64,000 nt of DNA. Source: Terriglobia bacterium (GTDB lineage: Bacteria > Acidobacteriota > Polarisedimenticolia > Polarisedimenticolales > JAIQFR01). Below, piece by piece: positions 11,144-20,318 of the stretch. Numbering within the stretch: position 1 is the first letter of the stretch; every line of letters begins with the position of its first letter. The position numbers were made by a program, and so were the translations under genes. The notes under the pieces are model-generated. The model did no database searches. It saw only the letters and a program-made list of their open reading frames with translations, and was not told the origin of the DNA. The DNA is taken from contig CAVVHE010000004.1 in NCBI GenBank assembly GCA_963748015.1, positions 1,504,001-1,568,000 of the forward strand, given 5' to 3'.

Positions 11144-12365
11144 CTATCGCCCGTCGCTCTTCGGGGCGGGCCGGGAGAACGCCGCCCGCACGATCGTCCG
11201 CCCGACGCTCGCCAGCATCGAGCCCGCCGAGCGCAGCAGCAGCCACGCGCCGTGGACCAGCCGCCACGCGTAGTAGAGCGGCAGCAGGGCCCGGTGGGAG
11301 ATCCCGTAGCGCTCGACCATGTAGGACGGCGCCGGGAACATCGACCGCCCGAGGTACGCGAGGCCGCCGCCTCGCCCGGGCATGCTCCACGAGTCCCACA
11401 GGATGCGCGCGCGATGGTGCGGCGCCGTGATGGCCGCGAACGCGAGCCGCTCCTTCAGGGACGGCGGGTGCCGCTCCAGTGCCGCGCGAGCCGCGGCGGA
11501 CGGCGGCGCTCCCCAGACCGCCTCCGTCTCGGTCAGCGCGAACTGCACCGCGCGGCCGAGGCCGAGGCGACCCGCTGTCGCGAGGGCATCGTCCCAGTGG
11601 ATATCGGCGTCCCAGCGCTCCGTCAGCAGCACGAGGTCATACAGCCAGCGCAGCCCCTCGGTCTGGTGGTGGAACGCGAAGTGCCCGGACAGGTGCAGGA
11701 GCTGCGCGGCGGGGTTGAACATCCGCCCCTCCTGTCCCTCCACCCGGACCGGCGCCGTGTTCTCCCAGAACCAGTCGAGCGCGATGTTCTCGCGGAAGTA
11801 GGGAACGTTGAACACGTGCCGGTGCACGTCCACCGCGATGATCGGCTCCGCGGCGCGGACGTACCCCTGCGCGCTCTCGAACTCGTCGCGGAACTTGTCC
11901 GAGAGATCCGGCCGGATCGTGTACCCCGAGCCCAGCATCAGCTCGCGCATTCGCGCGAGATCCGCTTCGTGGACGAGCACGTCCACGTCCCCGAGGGAGC
12001 GGGCCGCGCTGTCCGGATATAGCGAATTGGCGAGCGCGACGCCCTTCAGGAGCACCATGGGGATCCGCGCCTGCCGGCAAAGCTCGATCAGTCGCGCGCA
12101 CTCGCGGAAGAGGATCGCGTTGGCCATGGTGGCCTGGAAGTACTCCGTGCGCAGACGGACCGCGACGCCCGGAGGAGGCTGGCTCGAGGGCGCCGCCGAG
12201 CGCAGCGCGAGGTGGAGCAAGGGGGACAGGCGCGCGCGGTCGGCGCGCTCGAGCACCGCGTCCCAGGGAACGGGTACGGCGTCCGCGGCGTCGGCTTCGG
12301 GCCGCGGCGAGCGCGGCGGCCCGAATCAGCCGGACGAGGGTGCGGTCGATCGGATCCAGTGCCAT
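11144..12365 (-). CDS. Nucleotidyltransferase family protein (NTP_transf_5-like), frameshift near 12300
   Basis: LLKGVALANSLYPDSAARSLGDVDVLV, VDVH, LLHLSGH, LRWLYDL. Confidence 0.8.
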
Positions 12366-12531
12366 CCAGGCAACCCCGGCAAGGACTGAGGAAGTCGGTT
12401 CAGGAGCATGCCGCCTTCCTTTCCAACGCTTTCGCTTTCAGCAGCTTCGATCGAGACGCGAACCGGATCATGGTGAGTTTACATCACGGCGCGCGGGCGT
12501 CGCCCGAAGAGCCGGGCCGTCCTCGAAGACT

Positions 12532-13008
12532 TCAACGAGATCGGCGGGTTCCGACCGGCTTCGGCTTCGGCCTCCGGACGCGCGGCTCTCGAACGGTTTC
12601 TCGCTCGATGGCGAGCGGGACGCCGGTGAGGCCCAGGTGCCGGTTGGTCGCCCAACAGGAACGGATCTTCAGGGATCCCATCAGGTACAAGCCGACGGCG
12701 TCGGTCATCGTGAGGCGCTGGTCCGAGAACTTCCTGAGCAGCTCCGTCCCTCCACGGAGCTCTCGCTGGCCCACGGCCACCACTCGCAGAGGAGTCAGGG
12801 CCTCGATCATGGCCAGAAACTGAAGCGCTCGCGTCGTGTCGTAGCGCCTCAGGAACCACCCCTGCCCCTCCGCGATCACGAGGGATGTCGTCACGAGGCG
12901 CGGAGGATCCGAGAACAGGCGGGCGAAGAGCCGGTGGTAGGTGTCGGACCGGTCGAGAAAGGAGACGAACGCGGAGGTATCTACGTACGCCTCAGCCGTT
13001 GTGGCCAT
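12532..13008 (-). CDS. vapC: PIN-domain toxin (VapC-like)
   Basis: YVDTSAF N-terminal acidic motif, DTYH, VIAE, LTMTDAVG, ATNRHL; overlaps the antitoxin stop region. Confidence 0.85.
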   Translation of the reverse strand: MATTAEAYVDTSAFVSFLDRSDTYHRLFARLFSDPPRLVTTSLVIAEGQGWFLRRYDTTRALQFLAMIEALTPLRVVAVGQRELRGGTELLRKFSDQRLTMTDAVGLYLMGSLKIRSCWATNRHLGLTGVPLAIERETVREPRVRRPKPKPVGTRRSR

Positions 13009-13216
13009 AGACGACCTCGTCGATGCTGCCACTCGAGCCGGGATCGCCGGACTCGATCATGCCGGCGTACCGCATCCAGGGCTTGGACGGGTCCACCGGG
13101 AGCAGCCCGCGCAGCGACCGCCTCAGCAGCTCCGCGAGCGGAATGCCGAGCCGCCGCGCCTCGTCCTTGGCCGCGCGATACACCTCGTCGGAGAGGCTGA
13201 TCTGGGTGCGAATCAT
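12992..13216 (-). CDS. vapB: Ribbon-helix-helix/CopG antitoxin (VapB-like)
   Basis: MIRTQISLSDEVYRAAKDEARRLGIPLAELLRR RHH pattern; IDEVVYG tail; lies directly upstream of the PIN gene. Confidence 0.82.
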   Translation of the reverse strand: MIRTQISLSDEVYRAAKDEARRLGIPLAELLRRSLRGLLPVDPSKPWMRYAGMIESGDPGSSGSIDEVVYGHNG

Positions 13217-13218
13217 GG

Positions 13219-13254
13219 TGATAACAGTATACTTGTGACTGTTATCATCGACAA
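13219..13254 (-). promoter_or_regulatory. vapBC promoter with palindromic operator
   Basis: Minus strand TTGTCG-N17-TATACT; perfect 10-bp inverted repeat TGATAACAGT (13219-13228) / ACTGTTATCA (13238-13247) around the -10 box. Confidence 0.75.
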
Positions 13255-13256
13255 CT

Positions 13257-13637
13257 TCAGCGCGGCCAAACCCCGATCACGGGGTAGCGGTAGTAGGTCC
13301 CGTCAGCGGCTTTGACCGCGCCCACGATCGGCAGCGCGATCGCCGTCAGCCCCAGCAGGATCCAGAAGAGGATCACGAGCGGGATCAGGATGACCGTGAG
13401 GAGCAGCAGCGCGGCGGCGCCCGCGGTCACGAACACGGCGAGGTTCAGGAACAACGCCTGCTTCGCGATGCTCGAGATCGCCTTCGAATCCGACTTGACG
13501 ATCAAGATGATGATCGGCACCAGCACCCCGCCACAGGGGATGATGTAGCCGGCGAGGCCGGACAGGTGGGTCATGACGGCGAAGCCACGCTCCTCCGGAG
13601 CGATAACGAATCCGGGTGCCGCTTGCGGCTGCTCCAT
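13257..13637 (-). CDS. DUF4870-like membrane protein
   Basis: AVMTHLSG, AKQALFLNL, IVGAVKAADGTYYRYP; three hydrophobic segments. Confidence 0.8.
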   Translation of the reverse strand: MEQPQAAPGFVIAPEERGFAVMTHLSGLAGYIIPCGGVLVPIIILIVKSDSKAISSIAKQALFLNLAVFVTAGAAALLLLTVILIPLVILFWILLGLTAIALPIVGAVKAADGTYYRYPVIGVWPR

Positions 13638-13768
13638 GGCGTTCTCCTCCGCGCGGGCGGCCGGGCCGCCCGGGTACGGCGCAGCATAACCCAGGTCGGT
13701 GGTGCCGCGGCCGCCTCGGGCGTACGCTCTCCGTATCGCGGCCGGCGTACGCGCGCGAGGAGCCCAGG

Positions 13769-14350
13769 ATGAGACGTTGGATCGGCAGGGTCGCCATTGC
13801 GAGTTTTCTCCTTTCCGCGCTGGCCCTGGCGTCTCCCGCCCTGGCCGCGGAGCGGGTCGTGAAGCTGGACCCGAAAGCCAGCGAGGTCTCGTTCACCCTC
13901 GACGCGACCATGCACGTCGTCCATGGCAAGCTGCGCGTGACGGGCGGCGAGGTCCGTTTCGACCCGGACACCGGCGCGACGTCGGGCGAGGTCACCGTGA
14001 ACGCCCGCAGCGCGGAGACGGACAACGCGCGGCGCGACAAGAAGATGCACGAGACGATCCTCGAGAGCGAGCGCTACCCGGAGATGGTCTTCCGCCTGCT
14101 CCGCGTCGAGGGTCGTGTCGAGACGGCCGGCCGCAGCGAGGTGAAGCTCGTCGGGACGATGAGCCTCCACGGAGGCGACCACCCCATGACCCTCCCCGCA
14201 AGCGTCACCGTGGACGGCGTGACCCTGACCGCGGACGTGCGATTCGAAGTGCCCTACGTCGAATGGGGCATGGAAGACCCGAGCTTCCTGGTCGTGCGCG
14301 TGGCGAAGACCGTCGCCGTGACGGTGCATGTGGTGGGGAGGATCGAGTAG
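13769..14350 (+). CDS. YceI family periplasmic protein
   Basis: Signal peptide, LDPKASEVSF, ETDNARRDKKMH, LESERYPEMVF, GTMSLHG. Confidence 0.85.
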   Translation: MRRWIGRVAIASFLLSALALASPALAAERVVKLDPKASEVSFTLDATMHVVHGKLRVTGGEVRFDPDTGATSGEVTVNARSAETDNARRDKKMHETILESERYPEMVFRLLRVEGRVETAGRSEVKLVGTMSLHGGDHPMTLPASVTVDGVTLTADVRFEVPYVEWGMEDPSFLVVRVAKTVAVTVHVVGRIE

Positions 14351-14459
14351 GTAGGTTTCGCCGGTGCTCTCGGCGATACTCGATCGCCCCGGTTTCTGCC
14401 GCCTGTCGTACAATCCCCCGGCTCCGCGCTTCGAACATGCGGCGGCCGAGGAGTAGCCG

Positions 14460-15587
14460 ATGCCCGACCCGATTCACATGTCGTTCCCGGACATGGACGA
14501 GGCCGACCTGAAGGCGGTGCTCGAGGTGCTGCCGACGGGGCGCCTCTCGATCGGGCCCAAGATCGAGGAGTTCGAGCGGGCCGTGGCGGCGTACGCGGGG
14601 GTGCCGCACGCGGTCGGGATGTCGTCGGGCACCGCGGCGCTGCACGTCGCGGTCAAGGCGCTCGGCATCGGCCCCGGGGACGAGGTGCTCGTCCCCTCCT
14701 TCACCTTCGCCGCCAGCGTGAACGTCATCCTCTACGAGCGGGCGATCCCGGTCTTCGTGGACGTCGAGCCCGACACGTACAACCTCGACCCGGCCGACCT
14801 CGAGCGGAAGGTCACGCCGCGCACGCGCGCGATCATGGCGGTGGACGTCTTCGGCCACCCGGTCGAGTGGGACCGGGTGCTCGAGATCGCGCGGCGGCAC
14901 GGCCTCGCGGTGATCGACGACTCGTGCGAGGCCCTGGGGGCGGAGTATCGCGGGACGCGCCTCGGCCCGTTCGGCGACGCGGCCGCCTTCGCCTTCTACC
15001 CGAACAAGCAGATCACGACCGGCGAGGGCGGGATGCTCGTCACGTCCGACGAGCGGATCGCGCGCGTCGCCCGCAGCCTTCGCAACCAGGGGCGGGCCGA
15101 GATGGGCGCCTGGCTCGAGCACGAGCGGCTCGGCTACAACTACCGGATGGACGAGATGAGCGCGGCGCTCGGCGTGTCGCAGCTCTCGCGCCTCGAGAGC
15201 CATGTCGACAAGCGCCGGCGCGTCGCGGGGATGTACACCGAGCGCCTCTCCCGGTTCGACTGGGTACGGCCCCCGGTGGTGCGCCCGCACGTCCGGATGA
15301 GCTGGTTCGTCTACGTCGCCTCGCTGGCCGAGGGGCTCGACCGCGGGCCGGTCATGGAGGCGGTCGAGGCGCGCGGCGTCCCGGTCCGCGCTTACTTCAG
15401 CCCGATCCACCTGCAGCCGTACATCCGGACCGAGTGCGGGCTGACACCGCCCGAGCTTCCCGTGACCGAAGCCGTCGCGCGCACGACGATCGCCCTCCCA
15501 TTCCACAACAACCTGCCCGAGGAGCACGTCCAGCGGGTCGTCACGGCGCTCGAGCAGGCCGTTACCGAGGTCCGGCGCCGCCGCTAG
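14460..15587 (+). CDS. DegT/DnrJ/EryC1/StrS family PLP sugar aminotransferase (PglE-like)
   Basis: SSGTAALH, GDEVLVPSFTF, DDSCEALG, FYPNKQITTGEGGM, GYNYRM. Confidence 0.95.
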   Translation: MPDPIHMSFPDMDEADLKAVLEVLPTGRLSIGPKIEEFERAVAAYAGVPHAVGMSSGTAALHVAVKALGIGPGDEVLVPSFTFAASVNVILYERAIPVFVDVEPDTYNLDPADLERKVTPRTRAIMAVDVFGHPVEWDRVLEIARRHGLAVIDDSCEALGAEYRGTRLGPFGDAAAFAFYPNKQITTGEGGMLVTSDERIARVARSLRNQGRAEMGAWLEHERLGYNYRMDEMSAALGVSQLSRLESHVDKRRRVAGMYTERLSRFDWVRPPVVRPHVRMSWFVYVASLAEGLDRGPVMEAVEARGVPVRAYFSPIHLQPYIRTECGLTPPELPVTEAVARTTIALPFHNNLPEEHVQRVVTALEQAVTEVRRRR

Positions 15588-15688
15588 CCTCCCTCGCGTC
15601 CGATTTTCCTTGACTGCGATGCCCCGCCGGTCGTATTCGATACGTCCACGCGCCGGGAGATCGCGGTTCCGGAGGTGGGGATTTGTCC

Positions 15689-17030
15689 ATGAAGGCGTCG
15701 CGGTACAACGTTCGGGTTCCCGCGCCGGAGGGGGGATCGCTCCTCTTCAACGCGGCAACCGCTGCGCTCGCGCACCTCGAACCCGGGGAGGAGCCGGCCA
15801 TCGGCCGCCTCCTCGAGGGCGCGGCGCCGTCCGGAGCGACCCAGGAGGTCTACGCCGAGGCGCTGTACGCCCAGGGGTTCCTCGTCGAGGACGGCGCGGA
15901 CGAGCTGGAAGGAGCAGCGGTCCCGCAACCGCCAGGCCCGGTTCGGCCGCTCCAGCTTCATGCTCACGGTCGCCCCGACCATGGCCTGCAACTTCGAGTG
16001 CGACTACTGCTTCGAGCGCGGGCAGCCCGGCCCGCCGATGTCCGAGGAGACCGAGGTCGCCCTCCTCGCGTTCTGCAGCCGGAACCTCGGCGGGGTCGAG
16101 GACTTCCTCGTCACCTGGTTCGGGGGCGAGCCGACCCTCAGGCTCGGGACGATCGAGCGCCTGCACCCCACGCTGGCCGAACAGGCGGCCAGCCACGGCG
16201 CCGAGGTCCTCCCCGGCGAGATCATCACCAACGGCTGGCTCCTCGACGGCTCCGTCGCCCGGCGGCTCGCTACCGCGGGCATCCGCGAGACCCAGGTCAC
16301 CCTCGACGGCCCCGAGCGGGTCCACGACGAGAGGCGTCGCCTTCCCGATGGCCGCGGCACCTACGCGCGCATCCTGCGGGGCATCGAGGAGTCGGCGGAC
16401 CACCTCCACGTGACGATCCGCGTCAACGTGGACCGGCGTAACGAATCCTCGGCCCCCGAGCTGCTCGAGGACCTCGAGCGGCGCGCGCTGCTCAACCGCG
16501 TCGGCGTCTACTTCGCGCCGGTCGTCGAGGACGCGCTCCCGTGCGGGAGCCTCCGCGGCCGCTGCTTCGGCGCGGCCGAGTTCCCCGACGCGCTCACCGC
16601 CCTGCACGAGCGCCTGTTCTCGGAAGGGCGCGTCCTCGTCGCGTACCCCGAGGTCACCTTCGGCAGCGCCTGCGGCGCCAACACGGAACTCGGATTCGTC
16701 GTGGCGCCCGACGGCACGCTATTCAAGTGCTGGGAGGACCTCGGCGACGCCACGGCCTCGGTCGGCTCCGTGCACGTCTCGAAGCCCGAGCCGTGGCAGC
16801 GCCGGAACCACGACCGTTACCTCGCCTGGGACCCGTTCGAGAAGCCCGGCTGCCGCGAGTGCGAGGTGCTGCCGCTTTGCATGGGAGGCTGTCCCCGCCG
16901 CGCGATCCGGCTCTCCCTGCCGGACCGCGGCGACTGCTGTTCCTGGAAGCACAATCTCGGCCCGATGCTCGAGCTGAGGCATCGCGCGGAGGGCGGAAAG
17001 GAGGAGGCGGTTACCGGTCCGGATTCGTGA
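15689..17030 (+). CDS. Radical SAM/SPASM domain protein, putative peptide maturase (frameshift near 15910)
   Basis: MKASRYN N-terminus; TMACNFECDYCFE (CxxxCxxC); WFGGEP, ITNG, QVTLDG; SPASM cysteines CGA...DGTLFKCWE...CRECEVLPLCMGGCP...C. Confidence 0.88.
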
Positions 17031-17088
17031 CTCGAGTCGAATGTTCGCTACGTGATTTCCGGTCCCGACATCGCAAAGGAGAACAGGG

Positions 17089-17184
17089 ATGAAGATCGTC
17101 GTTCAGTCGCAGGAGAAGAAGGTCAGGAAGCCTTGCACTTGTTACGGGAAGCTCTTTCTGATCATCTCGCCGAGAAGCAAGTAG
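17089..17184 (+). CDS. 31-aa peptide MKIVVQSQEKKVRKPCTCYGKLFLIISPRSK, candidate RiPP precursor
   Basis: Strong SD (AAAGGAGA) upstream of ATG 17089; sits between two rSAM/SPASM genes; CxC motif; followed by a perfect 10-bp GC hairpin. Below the ORF-track length cutoff. Confidence 0.7.
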   Translation: MKIVVQSQEKKVRKPCTCYGKLFLIISPRSK

Positions 17185-17203
17185 CGATCGCGGTGATTTC
17201 GGT

Positions 17204-17230
17204 GCGGGCCGCGTCTTGGGCGCGGCCCGC
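17204..17230 (+). terminator. Stem-loop downstream of the peptide ORF (mRNA-stabilising or attenuating)
   Basis: GCGGGCCGCG-TCTTGGG-CGCGGCCCGC, perfect 10-bp stem; only a short T tract follows. Confidence 0.5.
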
Positions 17231-17261
17231 CCGGTTTCCACCCGCCCCTTCGCGAAATCCG

Positions 17262-18296
17262 ATGCGAAAACGCAGTGCCGCCCCCCGCCTCGTCGGCTGG
17301 GAGCTCACCCGGGCCTGCAACCTGCGGTGTCCCCACTGCTACTCGAGCGCGACCGTGGAGCCCGCGCCGGCCCTGACCACCGCCCGGTGTCTCGAGCTGG
17401 TGGACGAGCTGGCGGCGCTCGGGACGGAGGTGATCGGCTTCACCGGCGGCGAGCCGCTCCTGCGGGACGACCTGGAGAAGATCGCGCGCCGGGCCAAGCG
17501 CCGGGGGATCGCGTCGTCCGTCACGACCAACGGGACGCTCCTCGACGCGAAGCGCGCCGCGAGCCTGAAGCGCGCGGGGCTCGGAACGGTCCAGATCAGC
17601 GTGGACGGGTCGACTCCGGAAAGGAACGCGCGGATGCGCGCGACCAACGCCGAGTCGTTCGAGCGCGTCGTGGAGGCCGTGCGAACGTGCCGGCGCATCC
17701 GGCTCGACGTCGGATTCGCGATGCTGCTCGGGGCGGAGACGCTCGACGACGCCCGGCCGTTCCTCGAGTTCGCGCGGCGCGAGAAGGTGCGCTGGGTTCG
17801 CTTCTGCGGCTTCGTGCCGTGGGGCGCGGGCAAGCGCGAGGCCGTCGCGCGGCGCCTGCGCTTCACGGGGCCGCTCGACGGGCTGCGCGCCTTCGTCGAG
17901 GAGGCGCGAGAGTCGGAAACGCCGCAGGTGATGTTCGACCCCGGTTTCGGCCCGACCGAGCCCGGGAACCGGTTCCACCGCTGCGCCGCGGGACGGCAGC
18001 TGCTCTACCTCTCCTCCACGGGCGACGTCTACCCGTGCACCTCGCTCCTCGATCCCCGCTTCGTCGTGGGGAACGTGAACGACCGGCCGCTGCGCGAGCT
18101 CTGGTGCGACAAGCGCATGACCGAGCCGGCCGCCTACCCTCGCGACAAGATCCGCGGCCGCTGCGCCCGGTGCGAGGACTTCGCCTCCTGCCACGGCGCC
18201 TGTCGCGGCATCGCCTACGCCTGGACCGGCCGCCTCGACGCCCCTTTCCCGGTTTGCCTGAAGCCCCGGAAGCGCGCGCACCCCGGCGCGTCGTAG
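17262..18296 (+). CDS. Radical SAM/SPASM domain protein (PqqE/NirJ/AhbCD-like)
   Basis: WELTRACNLRCPHCY, FTGGEPLLR, TTNGT, QISVDG; CAAG...GDVYPC...CARCEDFASCHGACR...C. Confidence 0.9.
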   Translation: MRKRSAAPRLVGWELTRACNLRCPHCYSSATVEPAPALTTARCLELVDELAALGTEVIGFTGGEPLLRDDLEKIARRAKRRGIASSVTTNGTLLDAKRAASLKRAGLGTVQISVDGSTPERNARMRATNAESFERVVEAVRTCRRIRLDVGFAMLLGAETLDDARPFLEFARREKVRWVRFCGFVPWGAGKREAVARRLRFTGPLDGLRAFVEEARESETPQVMFDPGFGPTEPGNRFHRCAAGRQLLYLSSTGDVYPCTSLLDPRFVVGNVNDRPLRELWCDKRMTEPAAYPRDKIRGRCARCEDFASCHGACRGIAYAWTGRLDAPFPVCLKPRKRAHPGAS

Positions 18297-18383
18297 CGTC
18301 GCCCGCCGCGGCCCTTACATCCCGGGAGACTTCGGGATAGAATCTCGCGGACTTTCGAGAACCCGAGCGGGTAGCGGGAGACC

Positions 18384-20312
18384 ATGGACTTCGCCAGGGC
18401 GTTGAAGCGGGCCGCCGCGAGGATTGCGACTTCGAACACGGCGCGGTGGCTGCTGCTCTTGCTCGTGGACGGCGGCATCGCGGCGGCGTGCCTGTGGCTC
18501 GCGATGATGCTCCGCTTCGACGGCCGCATCCCCTCGCCCTACGCCGAGCAGGTCCTGGGGCTGATCCTGGTCCTCGTCGGCTGCCGCCTCCTCTGCAACC
18601 TCGGGTTCCGTCTGCACCGCTGGTCGTTCCGCTTCTCGTCCCTCGCGGACGGCGCGCGCATCGCCGTGGCCGGCTTCTCGGGGTCGGGGCTCTTCGTCGG
18701 AATGCTCTACCTCCTCGACGTCCGGAGCACGCCGCGGTCGGTCGTCGTGATGGAGCTGCTCCTCAGCACGGCGGCGATGTTCGCCCTCCGCTTCTCGCCC
18801 CGGCTCGCGGGGCTCTACGCGACCGACCTGGCGCGAAGCTGGCGCAAGGAATCGGTGCGCACGCTGATCGTGGGGGCGGGCTCGGCGGGCGAGATGCTCC
18901 TGCGCGACCTCCAGCGGTCGGGGGGCCACGACTACCAGATCGTCGGGTTCCTGGACGACGACGAGAGCAAGCGGGGCATGATCGTCGGCGGCCGGCGGGT
19001 CCTCGGTAGGATCGACGAGCTGCGTCGGGTCGCGGCGGGAACGGGCGCGGCCCAGGTGCTGATCGCCATCCCGAAGCTCGAGGGAAAGCGGATCCGCGAG
19101 ATCCTCTCGCTCTGCGCCGACCTCAAGATGCGGTTCAAGATCCTGCCGGTCTCGTTCGCGTACCTGCAGGAGCGCGGCGCGACCGCGATGATCCAGGACC
19201 TGTCCCCCGACGACCTCCTGATGCGCGAGGCGGTGACGTTCGCGGACGGGGGGACGCCCGACGGGATGGCCGACCGCACGGCGCTCGTGACGGGCGCCGC
19301 CGGGTCGATCGGCAGCGAGATCTGCGTCCAGCTCTTGAAGGCCGGCATGCGGTCGCTCGTCATGGTGGACATGAACGAGAACGGCATGTACCTCCTCGGC
19401 CGGCGCCTCGCGCGCGAATACCCCGACGCCGAGCTCCAGATGGAGATCGCGGACATCCGCGATCCGGGGCGCCTCCGGGCGCTGTTCCACCGCTACCGCC
19501 CGCAGGACGTCTTCCATGCCGCGGCGCACAAGCACGTGCCGCTGATGGAGGTGGCGCCGGGCGAGGCGGTCAAGAACAACATCCTCGGGACCCGGAACGT
19601 CGCGGACGCCGCGAACGACTTCGGCGCCGAGCGGTTCCTGTACATCTCGACCGACAAGGCGGTGCGCCCCACGAGCGTGATGGGGACGAGCAAGCGCGTC
19701 GGCGAGATGATCGTGCGGCGGCTCGCGCGCCGCTCCTCCGGCACGCGGTTCTGCGCGGTCCGCTTCGGCAACGTGCTGGGCTCGGCCGGCTCGGTGGTTC
19801 CCCTCTTCAGGGAGCAGATCGCCTCGGGCGGGCCGGTCAGCGTGACCCATCCCGAGGTTCGCCGGTACTTCATGACGATCTCGGAAGCGGTGTCCCTCGT
19901 GCTGCGAGCGGCGTACGGGGACTACTCGGAGCTGTGCGTCCTCGACATGGGCGAGCAGATCAAGATCCTCGACCTCGCGCGGCAGATGATCACCATGTCG
20001 GGGCTCGTGCCCGACGTGGACGTGCCGATCGTGTTCTCGGGCCTGAGGCCCGGCGAGAAGCTGTACGAGGAGCTTCTCACCGAGGAGGAGGAGAGGAAGC
20101 AGCAGGTCCACGAGAAGATCTTCGCGGCCGAGTGCCCCGCCCCGCCCGAGGACCTCGAGGCGCGCATCGAGGAGCTGGCCGAGGCGGCGGCGGCCGGGCA
20201 CGCGACGCGGGTGGTGGAGCTCCTCCGCCGGCTGGTCCCGAGCTACAAGCCGCACGGCCTCGCGCTCGTGGACGACGTCGAGCCGGAGCGCGCCGAGGCC
20301 GAGGGCGCGTAG
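18384..20312 (+). CDS. Membrane-anchored nucleoside-diphosphate sugar 4,6-dehydratase (CapD/PglF/WbpM family)
   Basis: Four N-terminal TM helices, VGAGSAG, VTGAAGSIGSE, HAAAHKHVP, STDKAVRP, RFGNVLGS, RYFMTI, GLRPGEKLYEEL. Confidence 0.95.
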   Translation: MDFARALKRAAARIATSNTARWLLLLLVDGGIAAACLWLAMMLRFDGRIPSPYAEQVLGLILVLVGCRLLCNLGFRLHRWSFRFSSLADGARIAVAGFSGSGLFVGMLYLLDVRSTPRSVVVMELLLSTAAMFALRFSPRLAGLYATDLARSWRKESVRTLIVGAGSAGEMLLRDLQRSGGHDYQIVGFLDDDESKRGMIVGGRRVLGRIDELRRVAAGTGAAQVLIAIPKLEGKRIREILSLCADLKMRFKILPVSFAYLQERGATAMIQDLSPDDLLMREAVTFADGGTPDGMADRTALVTGAAGSIGSEICVQLLKAGMRSLVMVDMNENGMYLLGRRLAREYPDAELQMEIADIRDPGRLRALFHRYRPQDVFHAAAHKHVPLMEVAPGEAVKNNILGTRNVADAANDFGAERFLYISTDKAVRPTSVMGTSKRVGEMIVRRLARRSSGTRFCAVRFGNVLGSAGSVVPLFREQIASGGPVSVTHPEVRRYFMTISEAVSLVLRAAYGDYSELCVLDMGEQIKILDLARQMITMSGLVPDVDVPIVFSGLRPGEKLYEELLTEEEERKQQVHEKIFAAECPAPPEDLEARIEELAEAAAAGHATRVVELLRRLVPSYKPHGLALVDDVEPERAEAEGA

Positions 20313-20318
20313 AAGCCC

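Noticed and set aside
17052..17261. N-terminal extension of the second rSAM as given in the ORF track
   Set aside because: This stretch is better explained by the SD-led peptide ORF in another frame plus its hairpin; rSAM homology starts near ATG 17262.
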